This document shows positions 35,649 through 47,849 of a DNA stretch of 64,000 nt, in pieces (position 1 is the stretch's first letter; every line of letters starts with the position of its first letter). A program made the translations under genes and the position numbers. Source of the stretch: Ginglymostoma cirratum (Eukaryota). The notes beneath the pieces are model-generated. The model did not search any database. It was not told the origin of the DNA and was given only the letters and a program-made list of their open reading frames with translations. The stretch covers positions 17,846,871 to 17,910,870 of the forward strand of contig JAHRHZ010000274.1 in assembly GCA_024137785.1 (NCBI GenBank). The letters are read 5' to 3'.

Positions 35649-36936
35649 CCCAGCTGCAAACCTTTGCCTGTGTGACAAAAAAAAGGCAGTAGTGTTTTTT
35701 CCTCCCTTGTTAAAAATGACCAGACTTTCTTTCTTAAATCGGGAAGTTGTGATGTAAGCTACCTTGCAAGAAGCAACAGAATTGTACTGATAAATCGTGA
35801 AGTACAAGAGAGGCCGCTGTAACTAGGGAAGTTTTTGGTAAAATGCAAACCAAAAGTTGCATAAAATGAGCAATCGATGTTTTTCTTCTTTAAATCAACT
35901 TCGGCTTTTTGTATCTAAACATACCTGAACCAACAAATAAGTACACAGCACAACCAAAGCTTCTGGTGAAGCGGATGTATAATTTTTGTCTGTTAAACCA
36001 CCACACCACAAAAGCAACTGAGATCCCTGTTTCAACCTAGAGACTATTTAAGGTGTTAACAAGTTTCAACATTTACTAATGCTCTTATTGTCCACTTTGG
36101 TAAGTGTAGTTCATTTATGGACCTGGCAACATCCACACTTTAAGCAGAAAATCCCTTTTGGAACTGAACATGCAGGCTGTATTTGTATTTTATTAAAATT
36201 GTTAAAACTACAACTCAAAAAGAATATTCAGCTTTGCAATTGTGTTCTCTAAAACTGCAAACCACAACCTGGCTCTGCATGGAATATATTTACACCTTAC
36301 TGCATCAGTGGCAATGTAAAACACTAATGGTCAGGTACAGTTATGTCAGGAAGGAAACAGGTTTCCCCTGGTAATAGAACAGTAATAGACCTTGAAATTG
36401 CTTTGCATTTTCATATATTCCTATAGTGAGTTAGCCCAATTTAGCATGGTAATTTTTATATTCAATATTTTTCATGGTATTGGATGATGGAGCGATATCT
36501 TTGGTTCTATGGATTGACAGCATTTTTATAACTGGGACAGGAGATTAAAGAATAGCAGGCCTGGAGCCCATTTTCTCTTCTTTTTTCTTGCAGAAACTGT
36601 TTTTGAAATAGGATCAAGGGAGTGAGCTGCTAAATGGAAGCAGGCATACATTTTTTTTTTATCAGTTATGCGCCATACTGATAAATACTTTACAATATTT
36701 TGCAATTCTTAATTACTTTTAGTTGGGAAGAACATTTTTTTAAGTGTTTCAAATACAGCATTTCATTTCTAATGTGCCCATTAGAATTCTATTGATATTC
36801 TTGCACTGCTGTGGACTGAATGCATGGTGTTTTGTGATTGCAATGCTGCCTTCACGATAGCTGCCTGCATTGGGAGAAGAGTGCACTCCGTAATTTCAGA
36901 CTTTTGGTTGCTGTCTAGACATCTTAAATTGGGGAC

Positions 36937-37140
36937 TAAAACAAAGTTGCTGGAAAAGCTCAGCAGGTTTGGCATGATTTTCCTCCATCTGTGAAGGAAA
37001 AATCAGAGTTAATGTTTCAGGTCCAGACCTGAAACGTTAACTCTGTTTTTCCTTCACAGATGCTGCCAGACCTGCTGAGCTTTTCCAGCAACTTTGTTTT
37101 TATTCCTGATTTACAACATCCACAGTTCTTTCGGTTTTTA
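36937..37140. mobile_element. Fold-back Penelope-end insertion
   Basis: 36938-37023 and 37026-37100 are near-perfect inverted arms. The flanks TTAAATTGGGG and TTAAATGGGGG resemble a decayed TSD. Confidence 0.8.
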
Positions 37141-37637
37141 TGTTAAATGGGGGGCCTACATTCTTAGCAAAATCACTTTTTTTAATCAATTCTGGCCATG
37201 TTCACCACAACCTATATGAGGGAACTGGTTCAGCTTGTTCCCATTATGGCTTCCGGCATTGAGCTATTCATAAGAAAATCGTTCATTTGCCCTCTGATCG
37301 GGGGATAGCTTCCTAACATTGTCCTCAACTCTAGTCTTGGGTGATTCAATGTGATTTAAAAAATACAAAGCATTTATTTGCAGGATACGTTTTCCTAAAT
37401 TGTACTCTGAGCAATAGGCGACTGCAAACCCATATATCAATCCCACCAAATACATCTGCTTATCTAAATTTGTGGATAACAATTCAATGGTTTTCAAACA
37501 ATATTGCCCCTCCCTCACAACTTCTCATGCTTCCCCCAGATGTTGCTAGTTTAATATACTGGAAAGTTGCAAAAAGAGCGTTTGCACTCCTCCATTCAAT
37601 ACAACTTTATCAATTAGTAACATTATCAATGAGAACC

Positions 37638-37895
37638 AAACATGCTGGAAGTAATCAGCATATTTGCAGCATCTGTGGAGAGAGAAGAGTTTTATTCTTT
37701 GTTTATTTATTGAGAATCTGGACCTTGTCAATGTATTCCCTTACTCAGCCGAAATAATTCATAGAAGCAAAACTCCGCAGATGCTGGAAGTCTGAATAAA
37801 AACAAAGTATTGAAAATGCTCAGCACGTCTGGCTGTGTCTATGGAAACAGAAACAGCAGTTAATGTTCATGTTGAATATGACTCTCCTTCAGAGT
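37638..37895 (-). mobile_element. Two Penelope-type terminal fragments
   Basis: GCAGCATCTGTGGAGAGAGAA and CAGATGCTGGAAGTCTGAATAAAAAC...ATGCTCAGCA.GTCTGGC. Confidence 0.6.
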
Positions 37896-39414
37896 TTATT
37901 CTTTGGAAGTAATTCATAGCCAACATTTTTCATTCTGTGGGTTCAAGTCCAACTCTAGGACTTCAACTAAGTTAGACTGATATTTCAGTGCAGTCCATGA
38001 GGGGGTTCAGCAAGTTCAGAGTTGATGTCTATAGGTCTTGTTTGCCTCTTTATGTGGACTTCTGAGGCATTTCGTTAGAAGATCAGGGAGCACTTTGTCC
38101 TGACCAACCATATCCCTCTGATAAAACATCAAAACAGGTTAACTGACCACTCATTTTATTGCTGAAGATATGACCCTGCTGTGCGAAAGCTGACTGCCAC
38201 TCTTACCCATTTAAATAACAGCAACTATACTTCAGAATCAATTTGTTTGCTGTGAAGCACATTGGGACATTACGAGGACATGAAAATAAATTCTAAATAT
38301 GAGTTCTATCTTCCTTTTGTTTCTAAATGTACATAGTACACATGAATGTTGAAGTATTGCCTGGGATTTAAATGATATTGCGACTATGTCAAAATTGTCC
38401 AATAATATTGTCACTGATGCTGAAGTGGTGTCATGTGACTATGATAATTGTGCATTTTGATGGTTCTTCCAAAGTTAAATGTGTCATTTTCACCCCCAGC
38501 TTTCATTTTTTTGTAGAGTAGTCGTCATAGGGAAGGTGCTTGATTTTGTTGCGGTTTGCTTTGCAGTTATCTGATCAGTGAACACATTGGTGATAAGAAG
38601 GCATCATAAACCAGAGCTGACTGAAGCTTCCTGTATGAGGTTATTAAGGTGCTATCTGAGACTGCCAGAAGGTTCTATTTCTGCAAGACAGAGAACCATT
38701 GACCATATTCAGTACAGACTCCAGCTACTAAGCAGCTCCAGCAAAACCACCATGAGCATTCACATGTTGCCTGACTGCTAACCCTTTTAGAATCTAGAAT
38801 CTACAAATGTACTTTTTAAGCAATTAGAACCTTTACACTTTGAGATTCTGAACTTCACATTTTGTCTACAGTAGTTGTTTAAATCAAAGTTGTACATGAA
38901 TTAAACTAGATGGAAGCATGTGGCAGGAAAGAAATTAACCTTTCCAGTAGGTGGATTCATCCTTTTTGATGAAGAGGTTCCTTTGAATATTACGCTTCTT
39001 TTCTTTCAAGAACTGAACCTAGAGTGGGCAGTATTTACAGGTTTGTTCCTCTTGTTTCAGGTCTCTAGCATTTGCAGCACTTCCGTACTTTAAATGAGTT
39101 CTTCTTTTGATCAGGTTCAGTTCTAGACATATGACTGTGGAGGAAGATATGAGATCAGTGTTGAATGGAAATGGAACTCAGTGATCCAGATAAGTGGCTC
39201 TTGACCTGTGAGATATGACGTGCAAGGTGGGCTGCTTCCATTGCTCAGCTAAAAGATTTGCTATTGGTTGTGGAACTGAGTTATAGGTTTATTCAGTGAT
39301 GTCCGGGAATAGAGAACTCAACTGGCATCACAGCATTGGAGTTGCAATAAATACCTGAAAACCCATGTCTAGTGAAGACAATTAAGAGCCAGTGCTCTGT
39401 TTAAAAAAAGAGTT

Positions 39415-40160
39415 TATACACTTGATGGTAGGATCCTGGGAAATGATGCCAAACAAAGAGACCTTGGCGCGCAGGTACATAGTTTCTTTAAGGTGGCGTC
39501 ACAGCCAGACAGTATAGTGAAGAAGGTGTTTGGTAAACTGACCTTTATTGGTCAGTGCATTGAGTTTAGGAGTTGGGATGTCATGTTGCAGCTATACAAA
39601 ACATTGATTAGGCCACATTTGGAAGACTGCACTCAATTCTGGTTTCCCTGCAATAGGAAAGATGTTAAACTTGAAAGTGTGCAGAAAAGATTTACAAGGA
39701 TGTTGCTGAGATTGGGGAGGTTTGAGCAAAGGGGTAAGCTGAATGGGCTAGGCCTATTTTCCCTGGAGCATCGGAAGCTGAAGGGTTTATAAAATCAATT
39801 GGGGGGGGAGGTGCATGGAGAGGGGGAATAGCCAAGGTCTTTTTCCTAGGGTAGGGGAGTCTAAAACTAGAGATCATAGGTTTGAGGTGAGAGGGGAATG
39901 ATTTAAAAAAAGGACCTTACAGTAAACCTTTTCACTCAGAGGATGGTGCGTGTGTGGAATAAGCAGCCAGAGAAAGTGGTGGAGGCTGATACAATGACAA
40001 CATTTAAAAGGCATCTGGATGGATACTTGAATAGGAAGGGTTTAGAGGGACATAGGCCAAATGCTGGCAAATGGGACTAGCTTAATTTATGATATTTGGT
40101 TGGCATGAACCAGTTGGGCTGAAAAGTTTGTTTCCATTCTGTACAACTCTATGACTCTAC
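39415..40160 (+). mobile_element. CR1/HER1 LINE 3' fragment
   Basis: LYKTLIRPHLEDCTQFW and KRFTRML motifs, and a CTCTATGACTCTA tail. Confidence 0.92.
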
Positions 40161-40375
40161 AGGCTTGCATTATATGTTGCTTTTCACAGTCATTGCACAT
40201 CTTGAGGAATAAATATTAGTGCACTGGGGATAATTGATCTGTTACATTCACCTCAACAGCTAAATCGAGCATATATTTAACAGCTCATTCAAAAAGCAAC
40301 ACCACCTACCATTGTGTTATGTCTCACAAGCACTATGCAGTCTGTCTTTATCAGACATGTTCACGATAGCATCAT

Positions 40376-43300
40376 TGTAGAGTTTGTAGCAAGGTCAGCT
40401 AGATGGATCTCCTAGAAATGAGTTCCGTGATTGGGCTGTTAACCTAGTCCAATCAGGAAACCCTGGCTGACAGATAAGAACTGGAGTGTCAGGGGTTCTG
40501 CATACTCTAGGAGCTGGCTCTGAGCTAGTTGGTTCAGTATCATGTAAATAAAGGGTGACTTGGTGACAGGATGCCGGTCTTCATGGGGTTATTTCAGTGG
40601 CAATGTGAGAAACGAACACTCCTGAAGAGATTCGCGTGCAATAGTTGTCTTTGAGTTGGGATAAGCATGTATGGCATCAAGCTGTTCTTTGGGAAGCTTG
40701 ACTCATTCAATTCTGCCATCGAAGACTGCACCCAGTATCTAGAAGGAATGTATATTTTTTCTGGGCAAATGACATTGAGGCAAATGAAAAGGAACGAGTA
40801 ATTCTCCTGACAGCTTGTAGACCTGCAGCTTTTTTGGTTATTAGGAGCCTAACTTTCTCAGAGGCACCAGATACTAAAACCTTTTAAGAGTTGATGGATT
40901 TAGTTAAGGAATATTATGACATCAAGCCTCCTCAGAATCCTGAGATCTATCAGTTTTACTCGGCAGTTTGAAAACAAGAAGAATACATATCGGGATTTTT
41001 GATGAGGTTGAGCTGACTGTCAGAGGCATGTGGTTTTGGTTTAGCTCTAAGTGAGATGCTGAGAGACCGTTTGGTATGTGGGATTAATAATGTGACCATG
41101 CAAAAGTGTCCTGCAGCTGAAGTCTAATTGGACTTCAAACAGGCACTATAACTGGCTTTGTTGTTAGAAAATACAGCAAATGGAGCTTTTGAATTATAGG
41201 GTATTCTGACGGACATGGGTACCCTCACCAGGCTGACTGAGCTTGAGGAACACCCCTTGAGTGTATAAGTGCATAGCCTTACTCAGGGCAGAGGAACTCT
41301 AGATGAGCCCACAAAGAACCCCAAAACTAAACCAAACCTCAGCCAAATGGTTAAAATTTTCTTGAGGATCCAAATCAGCAGGCCATTGTAGTCACTGCTG
41401 GCATCCAACTAGGCCTGAATTGAGTAAAAGAACTCATAGGCCGGTATCCAGGAGAGTGCACACACTGGGAATTCCATCTATAGCTGGTTTCGAACAGTTA
41501 AATTGCTTAACAACACCCAGGTTAGAACCAATCAAAATAAACCTCTGGTTAGATGGTCACCCAATTCTAATGGAGGTCAATACTGGTGCGGATATATCAC
41601 TGATTGTGGAACCAGTCTTCACCAAAATTCACGCTGGATTCCAAACCTGAAGCTTACATAAGCCCTAGGTCAGGTGAGAACCTTAACTGGGGAACCCCTT
41701 ACAGATTAAAGGTACAACTTTTTGATTCGGATCTCTAATGAGAAGCAGCTGGTTCAGTTCCCACTGACTGTCGTAAAAGGCTCGGGCCCAAGCTTGATGG
41801 GGTTAAGCGGGTTGAGAAAGATTCAATTTGGTTGGCTCAACACTTTTTGATTAGGAAATGGCTGCCAGAGTGAAGTCCTGATTAAATACCCAGAAGCTTT
41901 TCGGGAAGGTCTAGGGGCTATCAAAGCGGCCAGGGCACCTCACCTGTTGACAAGAAGCAATTCCACAATTCTGCAAGGCCTGCCCAGTGTCTTTTGCCTT
42001 GTGTACAAATGTACAGGCAGAAATCAGGAGGCTGGAGAGTGAAGGAATCATCAAACCAGTCCAGTTTGTGGAATGGGCAGCACTGGTTGTACCGATTGTG
42101 AAGCCTGACGGGTCACTTTGCCTTTGTGGGGATTTCAAACAAATGGTAAACCACTTTTTGCAGCTGGATAGATACCCATTCCCTTGTGTAAAGGAATTAT
42201 ACACAAAACTGGCAGGGGGTCTGTCCTCCATGAAGCTGGACATGAGCCGTGCGTTCTGCAGTTGCAATTAGATGGGGATTCCCAGAAGTATGCTACAATT
42301 AATACCCATGAGGGTTTGTACCAATATGAGACTGGCAAGTTGGGTATTGTCAGCCTGTGCCATTTTCCAGCGGACAATGGAGAACATTTTACAAGGTCTA
42401 CCCCAGATTGCCATTTATCTGGATGACATGCTAACAACTAGGAAGACCAATAAAGAGCATTTAGAGAAATTGGACATTGTACTTAAATGTTTCTCCCAGG
42501 CAGGCGTATGCCTTAGAAGGGAAAAATATGTGTTCCAGGCACCCCAAGTGACCAACTTGAGCTACAGAGTCGAACAGACTGTGTTACACACAGTGGAAGA
42601 TAACGTGAGGGTGATCAAAGGTGTTCCAGGTTGCACATCTGTACCAGATTTTAGGCCTGTCCTTGGGTTTGTGAAATATTGTGGAAAATTCATTTGCAAC
42701 CTGACCTCTATCCTGGCACCCCTACATCTACTACTGAAAGAGTCAGCCTTGGAAATAGTCTCGTAGCCAAGAAATAGCCTTGAGGGAAAGTAAGCTATAA
42801 CCGTCTAAAGTGTTAGTACACTGCGATCGGAAGCGAGATGTGGTGCTGACATGGGATGCTTCCCGTATGGTATCGGGATAGTGTTGGATCACCGATGGCC
42901 CAGCAGAGAGGAAGGACTGTTAGCGTATGCTTCGTGGACTTTGGCTGATACCAAACTGTCCTGGTTCCTGTTTCATGATAGGGCCACCACTCATGCGACA
43001 GGGACAGCTCCAGTAGAGTTCTTAAGGGGGAGAAAACTCCGCAAGTGGTCGAACCTCTTCTTCCCGGGCCTGAGGAGGGTGAAATGGCATCAGGGACACC
43101 AACGCCGGATACAAGACTACTCTAAGTGAGAGAGGCATTTATTTCAAGTGATGAAGTTGGTGAAACCACTGGAATGGCCCAGCACGGGTAAGGGGAATGG
43201 TTGACACGAGGTCAGGTCCCGTGACATACGAAGTTTATATGTTGTCGTATACCCATACGAAGTTTGGGTAGGTGAGACAATCCTGAACGAGCATGTGGAC

Positions 43301-43820
43301 CACATGAAAGGTGCAGCCTCACAAACGCGGCAGGAGCAAAACACGCCTGGCCCCTCAGAACATCCGGCAAGGCTGTCAGAGCCCGTAGGTTCTCTGTCTC
43401 AGACTAACGACATGAAAAAAATCTCCTGAGGATGAGATGGACATGGCAGATGTTACAGCCTCGACGCCACTACTGCCCGAGGAGAAGATGAACTTCTTCC
43501 GAGAAGCTCTGGGCACTAAAGGTGGGCTATGGTCAGGTCACATGCTGTTAGTATCTGTGAAAACGGCCCAGGAGAAGCTGCAGAATAAAGAATGGGCCTA
43601 TGTCCCGGGACTTAGAGGGACAGGGTGAGGTGATCGGAAGGAGGTCAGCCGGAAGGATCTTATAGAATAGGAGTTCCCTGATTGGACCAGGTTAACAGCC
43701 CCAGTCAGGGAGCCTTGCTCTAGGAGCCGGCTCTGAGCTAGCTGGGTCAGTGTCATGTACTATGTACGTAAAGAAAAGGTGACTTAGAGATGTAATACTG
43801 GCCTTCATGGAGTTATTTCA
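40376..43820 (+). mobile_element. Ty3/Gypsy LTR retrotransposon, internally deleted, with both LTRs
   Basis: 5' LTR 40376-40596 and 3' LTR about 43626-43820, both TG...TTATTTCA. TSD ATCAT/ATCAC, PBS-like TGGCAATGTGAG, PPT AGAGGGACAGGG. Protease MEVNTGA, RT VPIVKPDGSLCLCGDFK and IYLDDML. The integrase core is missing. Confidence 0.93.
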
Positions 43821-43989
43821 ATCACCATGTCATAACGTGTGACCTGAGAGTACAACTCCACCTTAATTGTGGCCAGTTGCAGCATAACCGGCTGATGAAA
43901 CAGCTCTACTGTTTGTAAGCAAATTGCTTAGTATTAGCCCAGACTCTGAAATGCCTATGTTTGTAATATTTGTACACATCAGGAAATGT

Positions 43990-44390
43990 GGTAGCCAGCT
44001 GCTGAAAGACCCCAATATTGGGAAGGTGGTGGAAGGGGCTTGTTCAAAGCTATCCCAGCCCTTGCCTCTGATCCCAATGCCCATCATCTCTGGAGATTCC
44101 TTTCTGTCCTGGGATTGGGCATTTATCCTGAAGCTGGGCCTCAGTCCATGACAAACAGCAGCTAGTGTGGCTGGTAGCATTCTTTAGCAATGGAGAGCTG
44201 TTTGCTTCTGATCGGAAACCTTTAGAAGTGGTATTCCTGCCTTACTGAGGGCTAGATTGTGGGGGAGGCCTGATGCTGACAGGTGAAGTGTCTGATGAAT
44301 GCAATTGGTTCGGCCTGCCCTTCAGAAACAATGGATGCTTCAGCCAGTTCCTGTTGGAACAAAATCCAGTCCAAAGCTTCCATTAGTAGT
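43990..44390 (-). mobile_element. Possible tyrosine-recombinase (DIRS/Ngaro-type) relic
   Basis: PSFRINA...IRGKGWDS loosely resembles the YR C-terminal HSFRIGA...LGRWKS. Heavily decayed. Confidence 0.25.
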
Positions 44391-44391
44391 C

Positions 44392-47300
44392 AAGAACATA
44401 GAACAATACGGCACAGGAACGGGCCGTTTGGCCCATGATGTTGTGCTGAATATGACACCAAATTAAACTAATCCCTTCTGCCTGCCCTTGGTCCATATCA
44501 CTCCATTCCTTGCATATTCATCTGCTTATCTAACAGTCTCCTGAACACCCCTATCGTATATGCCTCCACCACCACTCCTGGTAATGTGTTCCACACTCCT
44601 ACCACACTGTGTTTAAAAAAAAAACAAAATGTGTGCCTCTCATGTCTTTTTTGAACTTCTCCCTCTCACCTTAAATGCATGCCCCCTTGTTTTAGATATT
44701 TCAACTCTAGGAAAAAGATTCCGAACATCAACCCTATCTATGCATGTCACAATTTTATAGACTTCTATCAAGCCTCCCTCAGCCTCCAATGCTGCCGAGA
44801 AAACAAGATTTTTCTAGCTTCTCCTTGTAGCATAGCCTCTAATTTAGGCAGCATCCTGATAAACCTCTTCTGCACCCTCTCCAAAGCCTCCACATCCTTC
44901 CTGTAAATGAGGTGACCAGAACTGAACATAATACTCTAAGTGTGGCCTAACCAAAGTCTTATAAAGCTGCAGCGTGACATCCTGACTCTTGTACTCTATT
45001 CACTGATCAGTAAAGGCAAGCATGCCGCACACCTCCTTTACCACACTATCTACTTGTGTGGCCACTTTCAGGGAGCTATGGACTTGAGCCTCAAGATCCC
45101 TCTATACATCAATGTTGTTCAGAGTCCTGCCATTAACTGTAAACATTTCCTTAACATTTGAACTCCCAAACTACAACACCTCACACTTACCCAGATTAAA
45201 TTCCATCTGCCATTCCTCCACCCAAACCTGCAACTGATCTATATCCCACTGTATACTTTGACAACCTTCTATACTATTCACCACTCCACCGATCTTTGTA
45301 TCATCTGGATCCCTGCAGAACACCACTAGTCACGGACCTCCAGCCTGCAAAACACCCTTCCACCACCACCCTCTGCCTCCTATGGGCAAGCCAATTCTGA
45401 ATGCATGTGGCCAAGTCACTCTGGACCCCATGTGTCTCCATCTTCTGGGTGAGCCGACCATGAGGGACCTTGTTGAAAACATTTCTAAAATCCATGCAGA
45501 CTACATACACTTCTCTACCCTCATTGAACACCTTTGTCACATCCTTGAAAAATTAAATCAATTGTTAGGCAATGACCTGCCCTGCACAAAGCTATGCTGA
45601 CTATCCCTAATTAGGCCATGCTTTTCCAAATGTGCATAAATCCTATCTCTAAGAATTCTCTCTAGTAGCTTCCCAACCACCGATGTAAGACTCCCCAGTC
45701 TACACTTTCCTGGATTATTCCTATTTCCCTTCTTGAACAGAAGAACAACATTAGCTACTTTCCAGTCCTCTGGGACCTCTCCAGTGGCTAGTGAGGATAC
45801 AAAGATCTTGGTCAAGGCCCCAGCAATCTCCTCTCTTGCCTGTCTCAATAACCTGGGGTAGACACCATCGGGCCTGGGGACTTATCCACCTTAATGCTCT
45901 TCAAGAGACCCAACACCACTTCTTTCTTGATCTCAAAATGCCATAGCATATTAGTATGCTCCATACAAATCTTACTATTTTCCATTTCCTTTTCTTGGCT
46001 GAATACTGGCGTAAATTATGGTGTGTTAGCTTTCATTAATAGAGGGATTGAGTTCAAGAGCGCTGAAGTTATGCTCCAGCTATACAAAATCCTGGTTGGG
46101 CCACATCTGGAGTATGGTGTCCAGTTCTGGTCACCTCATTACAGGAAAGATGTGGAAGTGTTGGAAAAGGTACCAAGGAGATTTACCAGGATGTTGCCTG
46201 GAATGGAGGAAAGGTCTTATGAGGAAAGGTTGAAAGAGCTAGGGCTTTTCTCTTTAGAACGACGAAGGATGAGAGGTGACTTGATAGAGGTGTACAAAAT
46301 GATCAGAGGTATAGATAGAGTGGACAGCCACAGACTTTTTCCTAGGGGGGAGGTAGCTATTACGAGGGGGCATAGTTTAAGTGAAAGGAGGTAGATATTG
46401 GGGAGACGTCAGTGGTAGGTTCTTTATTCAGAGAGTGGTAGGGGCGTGGAATGCATTGCCGGAGAGGGTAGTGGAGTCGGCCTTATTAGGGGCACTTAAG
46501 CAGTTATTAGATAGGCATATGGATGATAGTATAAGGTAGGGGTGGAGGTTAGATAGACCTTGGGTTTAGGGTAAAAGTTCGGCACAACATTGCTGTACAG
46601 TTCCATGTTCCATGTTCTATGTTCTAAAGTACTCATTTAGGACCTCACCCACATCCTCTGCCTCCAAGTCCAAGTTCCCTCCTTTATCTGTGAGTGCTCC
46701 TACCTTCTGCCTAGTTATGTTTATTTTTAATGTATGTATAAAATGCCCTGGGATTCTCTTTGACCCGACTTGCCAAGGTTATTTCTTGGCCCCTTTTTGC
46801 TCTCCTAATTCCCTGCTTGAGTTCTTTCCTGCTTTCTCTACATTCCTCCTGGGCCCTGTGTGATTTTAGCTTCCTAAACTTATATATGCTTCTTTTCCCC
46901 TTTTGAGTAAACTCACAACCTCAATCGTTATCCAAGGGTCCCTTATGACAACTCTTTTTTTCATTGCATCTTTCTATAATCAGCCAACATATTTGTTTCT
47001 CAATGTCTCGGTGGCTGTTGGGGAGGCCTATAGTATAATCCTTTCAAGACTGATTGATTGATTGAATCCATCTTATTTTTGAGCTCTACCCATATTGCCT
47101 CAGTGGATGAGCCCTCCAATATGTCCTCCATGATTAGTAATGCAACTCCCCCACCTCTGTTACATTCCTCTCTATCTCGGCTAAAGCAACAAAACCCTGG
47201 AACGTTGAGCAAGCAGTCCTGTCCCTCTCCCGACCAAGTCTCTGTAATGGCCACAACATCATAGTCCCATCTACTGATCCGGGCTCTAAGCTCATCTGCT

Positions 47301-47485
47301 TTACCTATAATACTCCTTGCATTGAAATAAACACACTTCAGCCCATTAGTACCATCATGTTCATTTACCTGTCTCTGCCTGTCCTTTCTTTCTGATTTAC
47401 TGTCCTAACATGTACCTTTCCCTCAATCCCTGCACTTGCTGACCTGCTGCTCTGGTTCCTAGTCCCCTGCCACTTTAGTTTAAGA
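44392..47485 (-). mobile_element. Long CR1 LINE (endonuclease + RT), interrupted by a nested CR1 and internally deleted
   Basis: EN motifs MAITETW and RGGGVALL; VPEDWKVANVVLLFKKG; VVCMDFRNVFNKVPHGRL; GVLQGS; and a (TTCTATG)-type tail at 44392. Confidence 0.93.
46016..46624 (+). mobile_element. Younger CR1 3' fragment inserted in the opposite orientation into the long CR1
   Basis: Open frame LAFINRGIEFKS...PHLEYGVQFWSPHYRKD...RGDLIEVYKMI, a (ATGTTCY)n tail, and TAAA at 46012-46015 and 46625-46628. Confidence 0.93.
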
Positions 47486-47849
47486 CCACAAATGGAGGCC
47501 TCACTATCAGATATTCAGCAAGAAATCCGATAGGGGATTCAGAAGAAACCTTTTTACATTGTGAATATAGACCTCACTGCCACAAGGAGTAATAGAAGTG
47601 ACCAGTTTGGATGAAGTTAAGGGGAAACTAACCAAGTATAAGAAGGAAGTTTTGACGGTAGATTTAGAAGAGATGAGCTCAGATCAGGCTTGAGTGACGC
47701 ATAAACAGTAGCATGGACTTATTTAAAATGGCCACATATCCCATATAATTCCATGTTTCTGCCCAAATGTGATGAGGAATATCCACCCTCAGATGTTAAC
47801 CTGGTTGTGCTCAACTGTGTTGTAATATCCTGCAGTGAGTAACTCATCC

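Noticed and set aside
35668-35807. N-terminal extension of the 106-aa ORF (MYFTIYQ...)
   Set aside because: It starts at a non-ATG codon and runs through a polypyrimidine tract and acceptor, so it is intronic.
45894-46394. 166-aa ORF as a host gene
   Set aside because: A chimeric read-through from an antisense CR1 into the nested CR1 fragment.
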